Shown: positions 20,141 to 30,167, numbered from the stretch's first letter. The stretch is DNA of 64,000 bases from Bacillota bacterium (GCA_040758135.1 JBFLWA010000009.1:6755-70754), one strand, 5' to 3'. A program made the numbers and translations. The notes: generated by a model not told the origin, from the sequence alone.

Positions 20141-21970
20141 TTACCCGACCTGACCTGCAGCTAGGCTCGACTCCAGGGCCATGTCCCGCTCCAGGCGGTA
20201 CTGGGTGGTGTAGAGCTGCCAGTACCGGCCCTTTCGGGCCAGGAGTTCCCGGTGGTTCCCCTGCTCAACGATGCGGCCTCCATCAATGAAGAGGATCAGA
20301 TCCGCCTTCTCGATAGTGGAGAGCCGATGAGCGATGACGATGGAAGTCCGGTCCACCAGCAGCCGTTCCAGTGCCTCCTGGATCGCCCGCTCGGTAGCGA
20401 TATCAATGTGGGCGGTGGCTTCATCCAAGATGAGAATCCGGGGATTGGCCAACAGCGCCCGGGCGAAGGCCAGGAGCTGGCGCTGGCCGGTGGAAAGCGA
20501 GGCTCCCCGCTCAGTGATCTCATGGTCATAGTCATCGCTGAGCTTCTGGATGAAATCGTCGGCCTTGACCGCCCTGGCCGCCTCCATAATGTCCTCCAGC
20601 GGCGCATCCAGACGCCCGTAAGCGATGTTATCGCGGATCTTTCCGGAGAAAATGAAAGTGTCCTGTAGGACTAGACCCAGCTGGCTGCGGACCGAGCTGA
20701 GGGTGACCTTAGTCAGGTCGTACCCGTCCACCAGAACCCGGCCCTCAGTCGGGTCATAGAAGCGGCAGACCAGATTGGCGATGGTGCTCTTGCCGGCCCC
20801 GGTGGGGCCGACCAGGGCTACCATCTGGCCCGGCTCGATGCGGAGGTTCATATCGCGCAAGACCGGCTCGCCCTCCTTATAGGCGAAGGAAACATTCTCG
20901 AAGACGATCTCACCCTTAATCTTCGGCAAATCTACAGCACCCTCGCGATCATAGACCAGGGGCTCGGTATCGAGAATCTCGAAGACCCTTTCCGCCGAAG
21001 CCATAGCCGAAAGTACCTGGCTGTAGACCCGGCTCATGGTGCTCAGGGGGGCAAAGAACCGATTGATGTACTGGACGAAGGCCAGTAGCACGCCGATGGT
21101 CAGCGCGCCCTGTATCACCTGACGGGCACCGACCCAGATAACCAGGCACATACCGATGACGCCGACCAGGTCGACTCCGGGCCAGAGCACCATCTCGTAG
21201 TGGATGGCCGTCATGAAGGCCTTCTTCAGCCGCTGGTTAATGCGGCGGAAGCGCTCCGACTGCCTTCCCTGGCGGTTGAAGACCTGGATCTCCTGGATCC
21301 CGGTGACCGTCTCGTTGAGGTGAGCGTTGATGCTGGAATACGCCTTGCGCGTGTTCATCCAGGCGTTGCTCATCCGGGTCCGGACCCGCAGGGCCAGGTA
21401 GCCGATGGCGGGCAGGACGGTGAAGGCGGTCAGGGCCAGCCGCGGGTTCATGATCAGCAGGATGGCGGTGATGGCCACCAGGCTGACCCCCTGGCTGATC
21501 AGGTTAATGACGCCGCTGTTGACCAGTTCAGCGATGGCGTTGACATCGTTGGTGATCCGGGACATGATCTTGCCCACCGGGCGCCCGTCGTAGAATGAGA
21601 GCGACAGCTTCTGCACATGCTCGAACAGCTGCTGGCGCAGATCGTAGAGAATGGACTGGCCGGTATGGTTCATGATCCGGATCTGGGCCCGCTGGGCCAA
21701 CCAGGCGACGATGCGCAGGCCGACCAGGGCCAGGACCAGCCGGTCCAGGTAGTTCAGTTCGCCCGGCGCGATGGCATCATCGATGGCCGTTTTAATAATC
21801 AAAGGTTCCATCAGGCCGGCGGCCATTACGGTCAGCATCATTGTCGCGCCCAACAGCACCTGACGGCGGTAAGGCTTCAGGTAGCGCATCATCCTCCGGA
21901 AGTAAAGGCTATTGAACGGTCTTTGCTCGTCTTCTTCCTCTTCTTCCTCAATATCGAGTTCGTCCGTCAT
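20141..21970 (-). CDS. Heterodimeric ABC exporter subunit B (TMD+NBD)
   Basis: GPTGAGKST, LSTGQRQ, ILILDEAT, IAHRLST. Confidence 0.92.
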   Translation of the reverse strand: MTDELDIEEEEEEDEQRPFNSLYFRRMMRYLKPYRRQVLLGATMMLTVMAAGLMEPLIIKTAIDDAIAPGELNYLDRLVLALVGLRIVAWLAQRAQIRIMNHTGQSILYDLRQQLFEHVQKLSLSFYDGRPVGKIMSRITNDVNAIAELVNSGVINLISQGVSLVAITAILLIMNPRLALTAFTVLPAIGYLALRVRTRMSNAWMNTRKAYSSINAHLNETVTGIQEIQVFNRQGRQSERFRRINQRLKKAFMTAIHYEMVLWPGVDLVGVIGMCLVIWVGARQVIQGALTIGVLLAFVQYINRFFAPLSTMSRVYSQVLSAMASAERVFEILDTEPLVYDREGAVDLPKIKGEIVFENVSFAYKEGEPVLRDMNLRIEPGQMVALVGPTGAGKSTIANLVCRFYDPTEGRVLVDGYDLTKVTLSSVRSQLGLVLQDTFIFSGKIRDNIAYGRLDAPLEDIMEAARAVKADDFIQKLSDDYDHEITERGASLSTGQRQLLAFARALLANPRILILDEATAHIDIATERAIQEALERLLVDRTSIVIAHRLSTIEKADLILFIDGGRIVEQGNHRELLARKGRYWQLYTTQYRLERDMALESSLAAGQVG

Positions 21971-21971
21971 C

Positions 21972-23789
21972 TTACTCACCTCCGGCAGTGGCTGCATTCC
22001 CGGCCGTAGCCGGGGCAGCCTGAGTCTGGTCAGTCATGGCCGCGCCTTCCAGCAGGCGCCGGTAGAGCTGGCTGGTCTCCATCAGCTCCTCGTGGGTCCC
22101 ATAGCCGGCGATCTTTCCGCCGTCGAGGACCAGTATCTTATCGGCCAGTTTGACGGTGGAAAAGCGCTTAGCGATGATGATGGTGGTCCGCCCGGCGAGC
22201 ACCGACTGCAGGGCATCCTGAATTAGGCCCTCGGTTTCCGCGTCGACGCTAGCTGTGGCCTCATCGAGGATCAGGATGCTCGGGTCCATCAGCACCGCCC
22301 GGGCCAGAGCCACTCGCTGCTTCTGCCCGCCGGAGAGCCCGATCCCCCGCTCGCCGACCATAGTGTCGTACTTCTTGGGAAAGCTCTCGATGAAGCGCTC
22401 GGCCTGGGCGACCCGGGCGGCAGCGGCGATCTCCGTCATGGTAGCATCGGGTCGGCCGAAGGCAATGTTATCCTTGATCCTGGCCGAGAAGAGGAAGGTC
22501 TCCTGCAGCACCAGGCCGATCTGCCGACGCAGTGAAGCCAAGGTCACTTTCCTGATATCATAGCCATCGATGAGGACTCGCCCTTGATCCGGGTCGAAGA
22601 AGCGGGGCAGCAGGTTGATGAGGGTACTCTTCCCCGAACCGGTGCCACCGACGATGGCCACCGTCTCCCCGGGTTTGATCTCCAGGTTGATATCACTGAG
22701 CACCACCTGGTTATCGTCCTTGAAGGCAAAGGTCACGTTCTCGAAGACCACGTGTCCCGCCACCTTGGGCAGATCAATGGCGCCGGGGACGTCGGCCACC
22801 TCGGGCGGCGTATCGAGGATCTCGAAGAGCCGCGGGGCGGCGGCCAGCGCCCGACTCACCACATTGACCAGCCAGCCCATCATGCGCATCGGCCAGATGA
22901 TGGCCCACAGGTAGGAATGGAAGGCGATGAGGCTGCCCAGCGTCATCCGACCCAGCGCTACTTCCCGGCCACCGTACCAGATGAGGATGACTACAGCCAG
23001 GCCGGAGAACATCTCCAACAGCGGCTGGGCATCGGATTCGACTTTGGCCCGGGCCAGGCTGACCTGCTTCTGGATGGTATTGCGACCGGAGAACCGTCCA
23101 GCCTCGTGCCCTTCCCGGGCAAAGGCCTTAACCACCCGCACCCCGGCGATGTTCTCCTGCAGCACCGTGGTGAGTTTGGCCATCTCCTCGCGCACCTTCT
23201 CCCAGGCCGGGCGGATGCGGCGGTTGAAGCTAAAGCCGACCATCGCCAGGAGAGGAGAGATGGTCAGGGTGACCAGGGTCAACCGCCAGTTGAGGCTGAG
23301 TAGGATGATGACTACCGAGACGAAAAACAGCACATTCTGCCCGATGAGCAGGGCACCGAACCCGACCAGCTCATGGAGGGCTTCCAGGTCACCGGTGAGC
23401 CGGCTCATGAGCTGGCCGGTCTGCATCTTGGCGAAGAACTGGTGCGACAGACGGGTCAGGTGGTCGTGTAGTCTGAGGCGCAGCTCCATAATGATCCGCT
23501 GGCCGGTCTCCTCGCTGGTCACCCACTTGACATAGTCCATCACGGCGCGGGCCACGGCCACCCCGATGATGGCCAGGGCCAGACCCAGGACCACTTGCAG
23601 GTTGCCGGCGATGATTCCCCGGTCAATAATCAGCTTGGTCAGGTAGGGTGGGATCATCTCGCCTACTACCGCAACCAGCATCAGGCAGAGAACCGCCACA
23701 TAGCGACCCCAATAGGGGGTCAGCAGGCCGATAATCCTCAGGCCGGTCTTGGCTATGGGCTTCTTATTGGGCTCTGTTGCTGTATTCAT
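21972..23789 (-). CDS. Heterodimeric ABC exporter subunit A (TMD+NBD)
   Basis: GGTGSGKST, LSGGQKQR, ILILDEAT, degenerate switch IIAKRFST. Confidence 0.92.
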   Translation of the reverse strand: MNTATEPNKKPIAKTGLRIIGLLTPYWGRYVAVLCLMLVAVVGEMIPPYLTKLIIDRGIIAGNLQVVLGLALAIIGVAVARAVMDYVKWVTSEETGQRIIMELRLRLHDHLTRLSHQFFAKMQTGQLMSRLTGDLEALHELVGFGALLIGQNVLFFVSVVIILLSLNWRLTLVTLTISPLLAMVGFSFNRRIRPAWEKVREEMAKLTTVLQENIAGVRVVKAFAREGHEAGRFSGRNTIQKQVSLARAKVESDAQPLLEMFSGLAVVILIWYGGREVALGRMTLGSLIAFHSYLWAIIWPMRMMGWLVNVVSRALAAAPRLFEILDTPPEVADVPGAIDLPKVAGHVVFENVTFAFKDDNQVVLSDINLEIKPGETVAIVGGTGSGKSTLINLLPRFFDPDQGRVLIDGYDIRKVTLASLRRQIGLVLQETFLFSARIKDNIAFGRPDATMTEIAAAARVAQAERFIESFPKKYDTMVGERGIGLSGGQKQRVALARAVLMDPSILILDEATASVDAETEGLIQDALQSVLAGRTTIIIAKRFSTVKLADKILVLDGGKIAGYGTHEELMETSQLYRRLLEGAAMTDQTQAAPATAGNAATAGGE

Positions 23790-23812
23790 GGTCAGCACCT
23801 CGGGTTAGGTGA

Positions 23813-23849
23813 GAAATAAGAAGGTCACAGGCCGTTTCTGCCTGTGACC
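23813..23849 (-). terminator. Attenuator-type terminator in the ABC exporter leader
   Basis: 10-bp perfect stem ggtcacaggc-7 nt-gcctgtgacc followed by ttcttatttc, about 25 nt before the ABC start. Confidence 0.8.
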
Positions 23850-23878
23850 CCTGGAAGCATTGCAGTTGGTGTGGGCCG

Positions 23879-23965
23879 CTAAGAGCAAAGGCCCTCCCAC
23901 CAGGAGTCATGGCAAGCGCGCGCGACGAAATACCGGTTCCGGAAGAGACGAAGTACCCGGACCAT
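23879..23965 (-). CDS. Putative 28-aa leader peptide MVRVLRLFRNRYFVARACHDSWWEGLCS (alternative: 68-aa GTG ORF 23764-23970)
   Basis: Strong RBS AAAGGAGGT at about 23976-23984, between a promoter and a terminator. Confidence 0.5.
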   Translation of the reverse strand: MVRVLRLFRNRYFVARACHDSWWEGLCS

Positions 23966-24004
23966 AACACTTGCCACCTCCTTTCATCTAAATCGTGCGG
24001 CTAC

Positions 24005-24034
24005 ATTCTACCACGCGCTGCCAGAGCGGGTCAA
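24005..24034 (-). promoter_or_regulatory. sigmaA promoter of the leader-ABC operon
   Basis: TTGACC-18 bp-TAGAAT with TG extension. Confidence 0.65.
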
Positions 24035-24110
24035 CGGTTAGATGAGACGGAAATGGACGGAGGAGAAATTGCTCCCCGGCTGGAATACTCAGCGCCAGGA
24101 GGGATGAATA

Positions 24111-24452
24111 GTGAACACGAAGCTGCTGGCCCCCTGTGGCCTACATTGCGGCGAGTGCCCGGCCTATCTTCACACCCAGGCCGGTGATGAGGCGGGACTA
24201 AAGGAAACGGCGGCCAAGTGGGCGGAAGAGATTGGATTGCCCATCTCGGCGGACGAGATCTGGTGCGATGGCTGTCTGGCCGCTGGGCGGAAGTGCTCTT
24301 ACTGTCAGGAATGCGGGATACGCGACTGCGCTATGAGCCGAAACTACCAGCACTGCGGGCAGTGTGAGGAGTTACCATGCTCCAGGCTAAAGCAGTTTCA
24401 CGGAACCGCCATCGACCGGCATGTGGAACGACTCCGGTCCGCCGGGCACTGA
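24111..24452 (+). CDS. DUF3795 Cys-rich protein
   Basis: APCGLHCGECPAY, CDGC, C.IR.CA....HCGQCEELPC. Confidence 0.85.
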   Translation: MNTKLLAPCGLHCGECPAYLHTQAGDEAGLKETAAKWAEEIGLPISADEIWCDGCLAAGRKCSYCQECGIRDCAMSRNYQHCGQCEELPCSRLKQFHGTAIDRHVERLRSAGH

Positions 24453-24462
24453 CTGACCTCTA

Positions 24463-24499
24463 AGAGACCTCCGGTCCTGTGGGACCGGGCGTCTTTTTG
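24463..24499 (+). terminator. Intrinsic terminator
   Basis: agac..ccggtcc-tgtg-ggaccgg..gtct followed by ttttg. Confidence 0.7.
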
Positions 24500-24548
24500 T
24501 CTGGCCAGAGGGCAGACTAGGGAGAGACTGTTCCTCTGAGGTGACTCT

Positions 24549-25382
24549 ATGACCGGCCTGACCAGTATCTTCTGGCTTTTTCTGATCCTCTGGTCCTTCC
24601 TGGGACCCCTCTACCGGCAGCGCGCCCTGGAGAGCCAGCGGCTGCGCGCCCTCAGCCGGCTGGAGCAGCGACGAGGGAGCCGCGTCATCACCATGATCCA
24701 CCGGCAGGAGGCCATCAACCTGCTCGGCATCCCTCTGGCCCGCTTCATCAACATCGAGGACTCTGAACTGGTCCTCAGAGCCATTCGCTTCACCCCTGAC
24801 GAAATGCCCATCGACCTGGTGCTGCACACCCCGGGCGGGCTGGTCCTGGCCGCTGAGCAGATTGCCCGGGCCCTCTGCCGCCACCGCGGCAAGGTCACTG
24901 TCTTTGTCCCCCACTACGCCATGTCCGGTGGTACCCTGCTGGCTCTGGCCGCAGATGAGATCGTCATGGACGAGAACGCGGTTCTCGGCCCGGTCGATCC
25001 CCAGATCGGCAAATACCCCGCGGCCTCAATTCTCAAGGCGGTTTCCGAGAAGAGTCGGGATGAGGTCGATGACGAAACGCTGGTCCTGGCCGACATCTCC
25101 CGCAAGGCCATGTCCCAGGTGCGGGAATCTGTGTTGGATCTGTTACTTGAAAAGAAGATGGACCGAGAGCACGCCGAAATACTGGCTCAGGCTTTGACTG
25201 AAGGACGATGGACCCACGACTACCCCATCGATCCGAGACAGCTGGCCGGCTGGGGGCTACCGATCAGCACCCAGATGCCCCGAGAGGTCTACCGGTTGAT
25301 GGATCTCTACCCGCAACCCGCGCAGCGCCGGCCTTCGGTTCAGTATGTACCAGTGCCCTACCGCTACGAGCGGGAGCAATAG
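24549..25382 (+). CDS. SDH-family (DUF114) ClpP-fold membrane serine protease
   Basis: ITMIHRQE, LHTPGGLVLAAEQIA, YAMSGGTL, LGPVDPQ, WTHDYPI. Confidence 0.9.
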   Translation: MTGLTSIFWLFLILWSFLGPLYRQRALESQRLRALSRLEQRRGSRVITMIHRQEAINLLGIPLARFINIEDSELVLRAIRFTPDEMPIDLVLHTPGGLVLAAEQIARALCRHRGKVTVFVPHYAMSGGTLLALAADEIVMDENAVLGPVDPQIGKYPAASILKAVSEKSRDEVDDETLVLADISRKAMSQVRESVLDLLLEKKMDREHAEILAQALTEGRWTHDYPIDPRQLAGWGLPISTQMPREVYRLMDLYPQPAQRRPSVQYVPVPYRYEREQ

Positions 25383-25444
25383 CGATAGTTGGTGGTCGCG
25401 CCAGCGCAGGGCTAGCTCTCCTCCGCTGATTTCAGCTCGCCCTG

Positions 25445-27046
25445 CTATTTGAGCCAACACCCCTCTTCGGCGTAGACTAGCCGCCCGCCCACCATCGTCC
25501 CGGCGACCCGGGCTCGCAGTACGCTTTCCGGGTCAGCCAGGATGTCAGTGTCCAGAATGGTCAGATCGGCCAAATACCCGGCGGCCACTCTGCCCAGCCG
25601 ATTCTCGCGGAAGCTGGCATAGGCCGGGCCCTCGGTGTAACCGCGGATAACTTCTTCGATGGGGAGGCGCTCCTCGGGATACCAGGCCGGCACCTCCGGC
25701 TCCTCGGCTCGCTTCCTGGTGACCGCCGCGTAGATGCCCAGTCGCGGGTCGCAGCTCTCCACCGTCACATCCGAGCCGAGAGTGAGCCGGGCGCCGGAGC
25801 GCAGGAGGCTGCCGAAGGCGTAGGCGTAGCGGGCTCTGGCGCCCCAGTAGCGGTCGGCGATATAGCGGTCCGAGGTCGCGTGCAGCGGCTGCACTGAGGC
25901 GATTACCCCCAGTTGGGCGAAGCGGGGAATATCCTGAGCCTGAAGGAGCTGGGCGTGCTCGATGCGGTGCCTGAGTCCGCGCTCCCGGCTCCGATCCAGC
26001 ACCGTCTCGTAGACATCCAGCACCTCCCGGTTGGCCCGGTCGCCGATGGCGTGGATGGCCAGGCTAAAACTGTGGTCCGTGGCCTTCCGGGCCAGCTCCA
26101 ACAGCTGTTCCTTACTCTGGGTGGCAATCCCCCGGTAGTCGGGGCGCCCTTCATAATCATCAAGCATATAAGCGGTCTGGGGGCCTAACGCCCCATCGGC
26201 AAAGGCCTTGACCGAACCGATCTTCAGCAGCTCCGGCCCGAAGCCCTGGCGCAACCCGAAGCCGATGGCTGCCTCCAGGTCATGCTGGGGGAAGAGTATA
26301 TACGTGCGCAGTCCCAGCTGGCCGTCGGCCTCCAGCTGCTGTAGGATGGGGAGTGTATCTCTCCCTTCGCAGGAATGGATCCCGGTCAGCCCCATCCGCC
26401 AGGCCTCTTCGAAGGAGCGCCGGTACATAGGGCGCGGGTCGGCCGGCATGACGCTCTCGTAGAGGGGTTCCAGATAGACAGCGGCCCGCTCGAGGAAGAT
26501 GCCAGACGGGTACCCGTCAGCCTCCCGCAGTAGCTGTCCGCCGTCGGGGTCGGTGGTCTGGGCATCCAGTTCACACCGTTCGATGGCCCGCGTATTGACC
26601 CAGGTGGCGTGGCCGTCCTTGCTGCCCAGCACCACCGGATTGTCTGGTGCTACCCGATCCAGGTCGTGGCGGGTGGGGAAGCCGCTCCAGAGGTTCTTGT
26701 TCCAGCCGCTTCCGTAAATGACCTCACCAGGCTGCTTGACGGCGGCCGCTTTCGCGACCTCGGCCAGGGCCTCCTCTAAGCTGGCGATCCCCTCCAGGTT
26801 GACCTGGATCAGGCTCAGGGCGTACCAGGTCCAGTGGGTGTGGGAATCAGTCAGTCCCGGCAGAACCAGCAGTCCGGACCCGTCCCTTCGCTGCCATCGA
26901 CCCGGGAGGTTCAGTAGGTCGCTATCGCGGCCCACCGCGAAGATGCGGTCCCCCTGCACCGCTACCGCGTCGGCCCATGGCTGGCCCGGGTCATTGGTGT
27001 AGACCCTCGCCCCGTGGATGATCAGCCCCGGTTCCTCTCTCGTCAT
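25445..27046 (-). CDS. Amidohydrolase family 3 (YtcJ-like)
   Basis: PGLTDSHTH, K.FADGALG..TA, IHAIGDRAN, HRIEHAQ, GSD. Confidence 0.9.
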   Translation of the reverse strand: MTREEPGLIIHGARVYTNDPGQPWADAVAVQGDRIFAVGRDSDLLNLPGRWQRRDGSGLLVLPGLTDSHTHWTWYALSLIQVNLEGIASLEEALAEVAKAAAVKQPGEVIYGSGWNKNLWSGFPTRHDLDRVAPDNPVVLGSKDGHATWVNTRAIERCELDAQTTDPDGGQLLREADGYPSGIFLERAAVYLEPLYESVMPADPRPMYRRSFEEAWRMGLTGIHSCEGRDTLPILQQLEADGQLGLRTYILFPQHDLEAAIGFGLRQGFGPELLKIGSVKAFADGALGPQTAYMLDDYEGRPDYRGIATQSKEQLLELARKATDHSFSLAIHAIGDRANREVLDVYETVLDRSRERGLRHRIEHAQLLQAQDIPRFAQLGVIASVQPLHATSDRYIADRYWGARARYAYAFGSLLRSGARLTLGSDVTVESCDPRLGIYAAVTRKRAEEPEVPAWYPEERLPIEEVIRGYTEGPAYASFRENRLGRVAAGYLADLTILDTDILADPESVLRARVAGTMVGGRLVYAEEGCWLK

Positions 27047-27051
27047 TCCTC

Positions 27052-27381
27052 TCACCTCCACGCTGGACAGCCGCCGGCGTGGTGCTGGCACCCGCGAAAG
27101 CCGTGGCACTGGTGGATCTCGTCCTCGCGGCCAGTTCTGGCCTTCTCCAGCCATTCGGGGTCGGTCAACAGCCCCCGACCCACCGCCACCAGACCGGCCA
27201 TGCCCTCAGCGAGGATCTTCCGGGCGGTGGTGGGGGTTCTTATCTTGCCGACGCCAATCACCGGGGCCAGTCCCTGGAGGCGCTGGCGAATCCCCTCAGC
27301 CAGCAGCACGGTGGGGCTGAGTTCCCCTCCGGCAGTGGGAGGCTGCCCGCCCGGCACCCCGGCCGAGACATGGATGAAGGC
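27052..27381 (-). pseudogene. C-terminal remnant of an NADH:flavin oxidoreductase (old yellow enzyme family)
   Basis: IHVSAG...PVIGVGKI...LVAVGRGLLTDPEW..K...C..C; its 5' boundary coincides with the IS terminal repeat. Confidence 0.75.
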
Positions 27382-28107
27382 GTGTCTGTCAAGAACTTTT
27401 CCCCACATCCCTCATCGGGGGATGCGCTTGCTTGAAGGTGAAACCACGGGTGATGGCTTGAGTGATGTACCCTACCCCAGACCGTATCCGTTTCTCTACT
27501 TCCGGCATTTCTAACTGGCGTACCGCGCTGGCATACCTGCTGAGAGTTCCCTCAAAGCTTGCCGCCAGGGCCCAGGTAATCGCCAGGAGACCCTTCTTCC
27601 GCCAGCTCTGGCCCCGTCTTTCGCTCCGGTCTGAGAACCTCCTCATTGTAGATTCGGCGGCACCTAAACTGCGCATCCCTTCGGTGTTGATCCCTTATTC
27701 CGTAAGCCTGGTCCGGTAGTCAATGAGGCATTGTGAGCAGGTCTTTTTTCAGCGCCCTGATCTCCTTACGCTGCTTATAGTCCCGACAATATGGCGTTAG
27801 GGAAGTATGTAACACCTTTCCGGATCCATCCTCCTGTTCTACCCGCTGACCCACACTGATGACCTGTTGTCTTGTGGTCTCATGACTCACCGGCCGGAAG
27901 CCCAGCATCGTCTCCAGCATCCAACAAGCGGCCCGGTATGATGGGCCCAGCACCCCCAACATCGCTACCAGAGCGCTCAGTCCCGGGCCCACTCTGGTAT
28001 GACTCTCCAGCTCTAGGGTCATATCCAGTAGAAAGATAACACTTCTGGAGCAACGGCTTCTCGTCCTTTGTTTTTCCGTTAACTACCCAAGAATACTTTA
28101 CTCATAC
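27382..28107 (-). mobile_element. Internally deleted ISLre2-family insertion sequence remnant
   Basis: Fragments SYRAA...VSHETTRQ and DYR..L.E*G....GMRSLGAAES...RGQSW; ends GTGTCTGTCAAG (27382-27393) and CTTTACTCATAC (28096-28107). Confidence 0.75.
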
Positions 28108-28145
28108 TCATCGCGCTTCTGGGGTTAGTCTCGTCAAAGCACCAA

Positions 28146-30032
28146 CTACTCCTGCCCGGCTGCCATCTCCCGGGCAATTGGTCGGCGGGACGGACGAGTC
28201 ACCCGGCGCACCAGGGGCAGAGCGATGGAGAAAGTGGTCCCAACCCCTTCCTGGCTGGTGAACCAGATACGCCCGTGGTGGACGCTGGTGACAATCTGAT
28301 AGGTGGCTGGGAGGCCAAGGCCGGTGCCCTGCCGGCCCTTGGTAGTATAGAAGGAGGAGAAGATGCAATTCTGGGTCTCCTGGCTCATGCCCGTTCCATT
28401 GTCAGTAATGTGGATCCGCAATTCCCCCTCTTCGGACTCGGTAGTGATCCCCAGAGTCCCACCCCTGGGCATCGCCTGGATACCATTCCTGATGACATTG
28501 AGAAAGGCCTGGCGCATCAAACGCTCGTCCACCATAACCAGGGGATCCGACCGGTAGCTCTCCTTAACCATGACTCCGGCCTGGTCAGCCTCGAGCGCTA
28601 CAAGCTCCAGGCACTCATGGAGCAACCGGCAGATGCGCCCCCGCGCCGGCGTGCCTTCGATGGGTTTGGTCAAGTCGAGAAGAAGCCCGGTGAACTCCTT
28701 CAGGTAGTCCACTTGCTCCACGATGCGCCCAAAAAGCTCCCGGGTCCTGGGCTCCCTGGTGATCCGTCCGCCCAACTGGGCGGTGCCCCGTACCGCGGTG
28801 AGGGGATTGCGGATCTCGTGCGCGGCCATGGCCGCCATCTCGCCGACAGTGCGCAGCCGGTCTGCCCAACGGAGCTGCCGTTCCAACTCCTTCTCTCTCG
28901 TGACATCGTGAATGATAAAAGCTGCTCCTAGCTCGCCATTGGGCAGTTGCATGGGAAAGGCCTGGTAGCGTACGATTCGGTTGTTTCCTCGCAGGGTTGC
29001 GGCGTGGCTGAGGCACTCGCCGGAGACCGCCTCGCCGTGGGCGAGCGACCAGGTGATCCGCTCAAACTCGGTGTCCCCGGGGAAAAGGTCAGCCAGCGGA
29101 CGGCCTAACCAGCTGGTTCGATCCAGGCGGTAGAGGGTCTCGGCGCGTTCGCCGAGCTCAATAATGCATCCAGCAGAATCCACCACGATTAGCGCCACGG
29201 GAACGCTGCGGAGCATGGCCCGGAAGAGCTCCTTTGAGTGCTTGAGGTCTCTGACCCGCAGCTGGTTGGTACAGGCTATCCGGTCGAACTCGCGGTAATG
29301 GAGCCGCCCGGGGCCGCCCCTTTTGTCTTCCACGGAGATGAGCAGACCATCCAAGTCGGAGGTGAGGCGCCGAAAGTACCTCCCCAGCAACCAGGCGGCT
29401 GTGGCCACTGCTGCAGCAATGACCGGTATGAAAGGGCCGATCAGGTGGAGGTAGATCATCCATACTTGCCCCAGAGTGACATTGGCGAAAGCGTGGCCAA
29501 TGACCCGGTCGTCGATGGCCACCGGGTAGTCGCATGTCAGGACATAGTTGTCCCATATGCTCCGGAAGCTACCCTTCCCGATGCTGGACTCGCCGGTGGT
29601 CCAGGTCAGACGCCCGCCATCATCGGGCTTGAGTGACGCACCGACCATGTGGCTCAGGTCACCTTCGTCACTGCTATAGGCACAGACCACCCCATCCAGG
29701 TCCCGGCTGTAGAACCCGACTACTACCTGAGGGTGGTCGCCCACCACAGCCCGGGACAGGGGGAGCAGGATGTCGTGCAGCTGCAACAGGGCCGTTTCCC
29801 GGTCCGCCGGCCCCACCCCGGCCTGAGTCAGTGCTTCACCGTGGTGGGTGACCATCAGGCGGGCTGCTTCGGAGGCCACCGCCAGCAGCAACTCCTCCTT
29901 CTGGGAGATAAGGGCGCTGAAGGACAGCCAGGTACATATCAGCACGACGAGAAGAGCCACACCGACTGTGCCCACCGTTAGGGATATGGCCAGTTCCCGT
30001 TTGAGCGACCGCCTTGGATAGGGGTTCGACAT
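28146..30032 (-). CDS. Membrane sensor histidine kinase (AtoS-like sensor, PAS, HisKA, HATPase)
   Basis: Two TM segments, GFYSRDLD, AHEIRNPL, NVIRNGIQAM, DNGTGM, GTGLGL. Confidence 0.9.
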   Translation of the reverse strand: MSNPYPRRSLKRELAISLTVGTVGVALLVVLICTWLSFSALISQKEELLLAVASEAARLMVTHHGEALTQAGVGPADRETALLQLHDILLPLSRAVVGDHPQVVVGFYSRDLDGVVCAYSSDEGDLSHMVGASLKPDDGGRLTWTTGESSIGKGSFRSIWDNYVLTCDYPVAIDDRVIGHAFANVTLGQVWMIYLHLIGPFIPVIAAAVATAAWLLGRYFRRLTSDLDGLLISVEDKRGGPGRLHYREFDRIACTNQLRVRDLKHSKELFRAMLRSVPVALIVVDSAGCIIELGERAETLYRLDRTSWLGRPLADLFPGDTEFERITWSLAHGEAVSGECLSHAATLRGNNRIVRYQAFPMQLPNGELGAAFIIHDVTREKELERQLRWADRLRTVGEMAAMAAHEIRNPLTAVRGTAQLGGRITREPRTRELFGRIVEQVDYLKEFTGLLLDLTKPIEGTPARGRICRLLHECLELVALEADQAGVMVKESYRSDPLVMVDERLMRQAFLNVIRNGIQAMPRGGTLGITTESEEGELRIHITDNGTGMSQETQNCIFSSFYTTKGRQGTGLGLPATYQIVTSVHHGRIWFTSQEGVGTTFSIALPLVRRVTRPSRRPIAREMAAGQE

Positions 30033-30167
30033 GCCGTGCCACCTCGGGTACGACTAATTCTGCGCCATTCCCCCCTCATTTCTGGCTGAATACGGCTGTC
30101 CCTGCCGTTACCCTTCGGCAATCGCTCGACGGTCTGCGACAATGGCTGACATCACAAGGACAAACGG

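Noticed and set aside
23790-23990. Known metabolite riboswitch in the ABC leader
   Set aside because: No aptamer consensus recognised; the RBS plus short ORF better fits translational attenuation. An Rfam scan would settle it.
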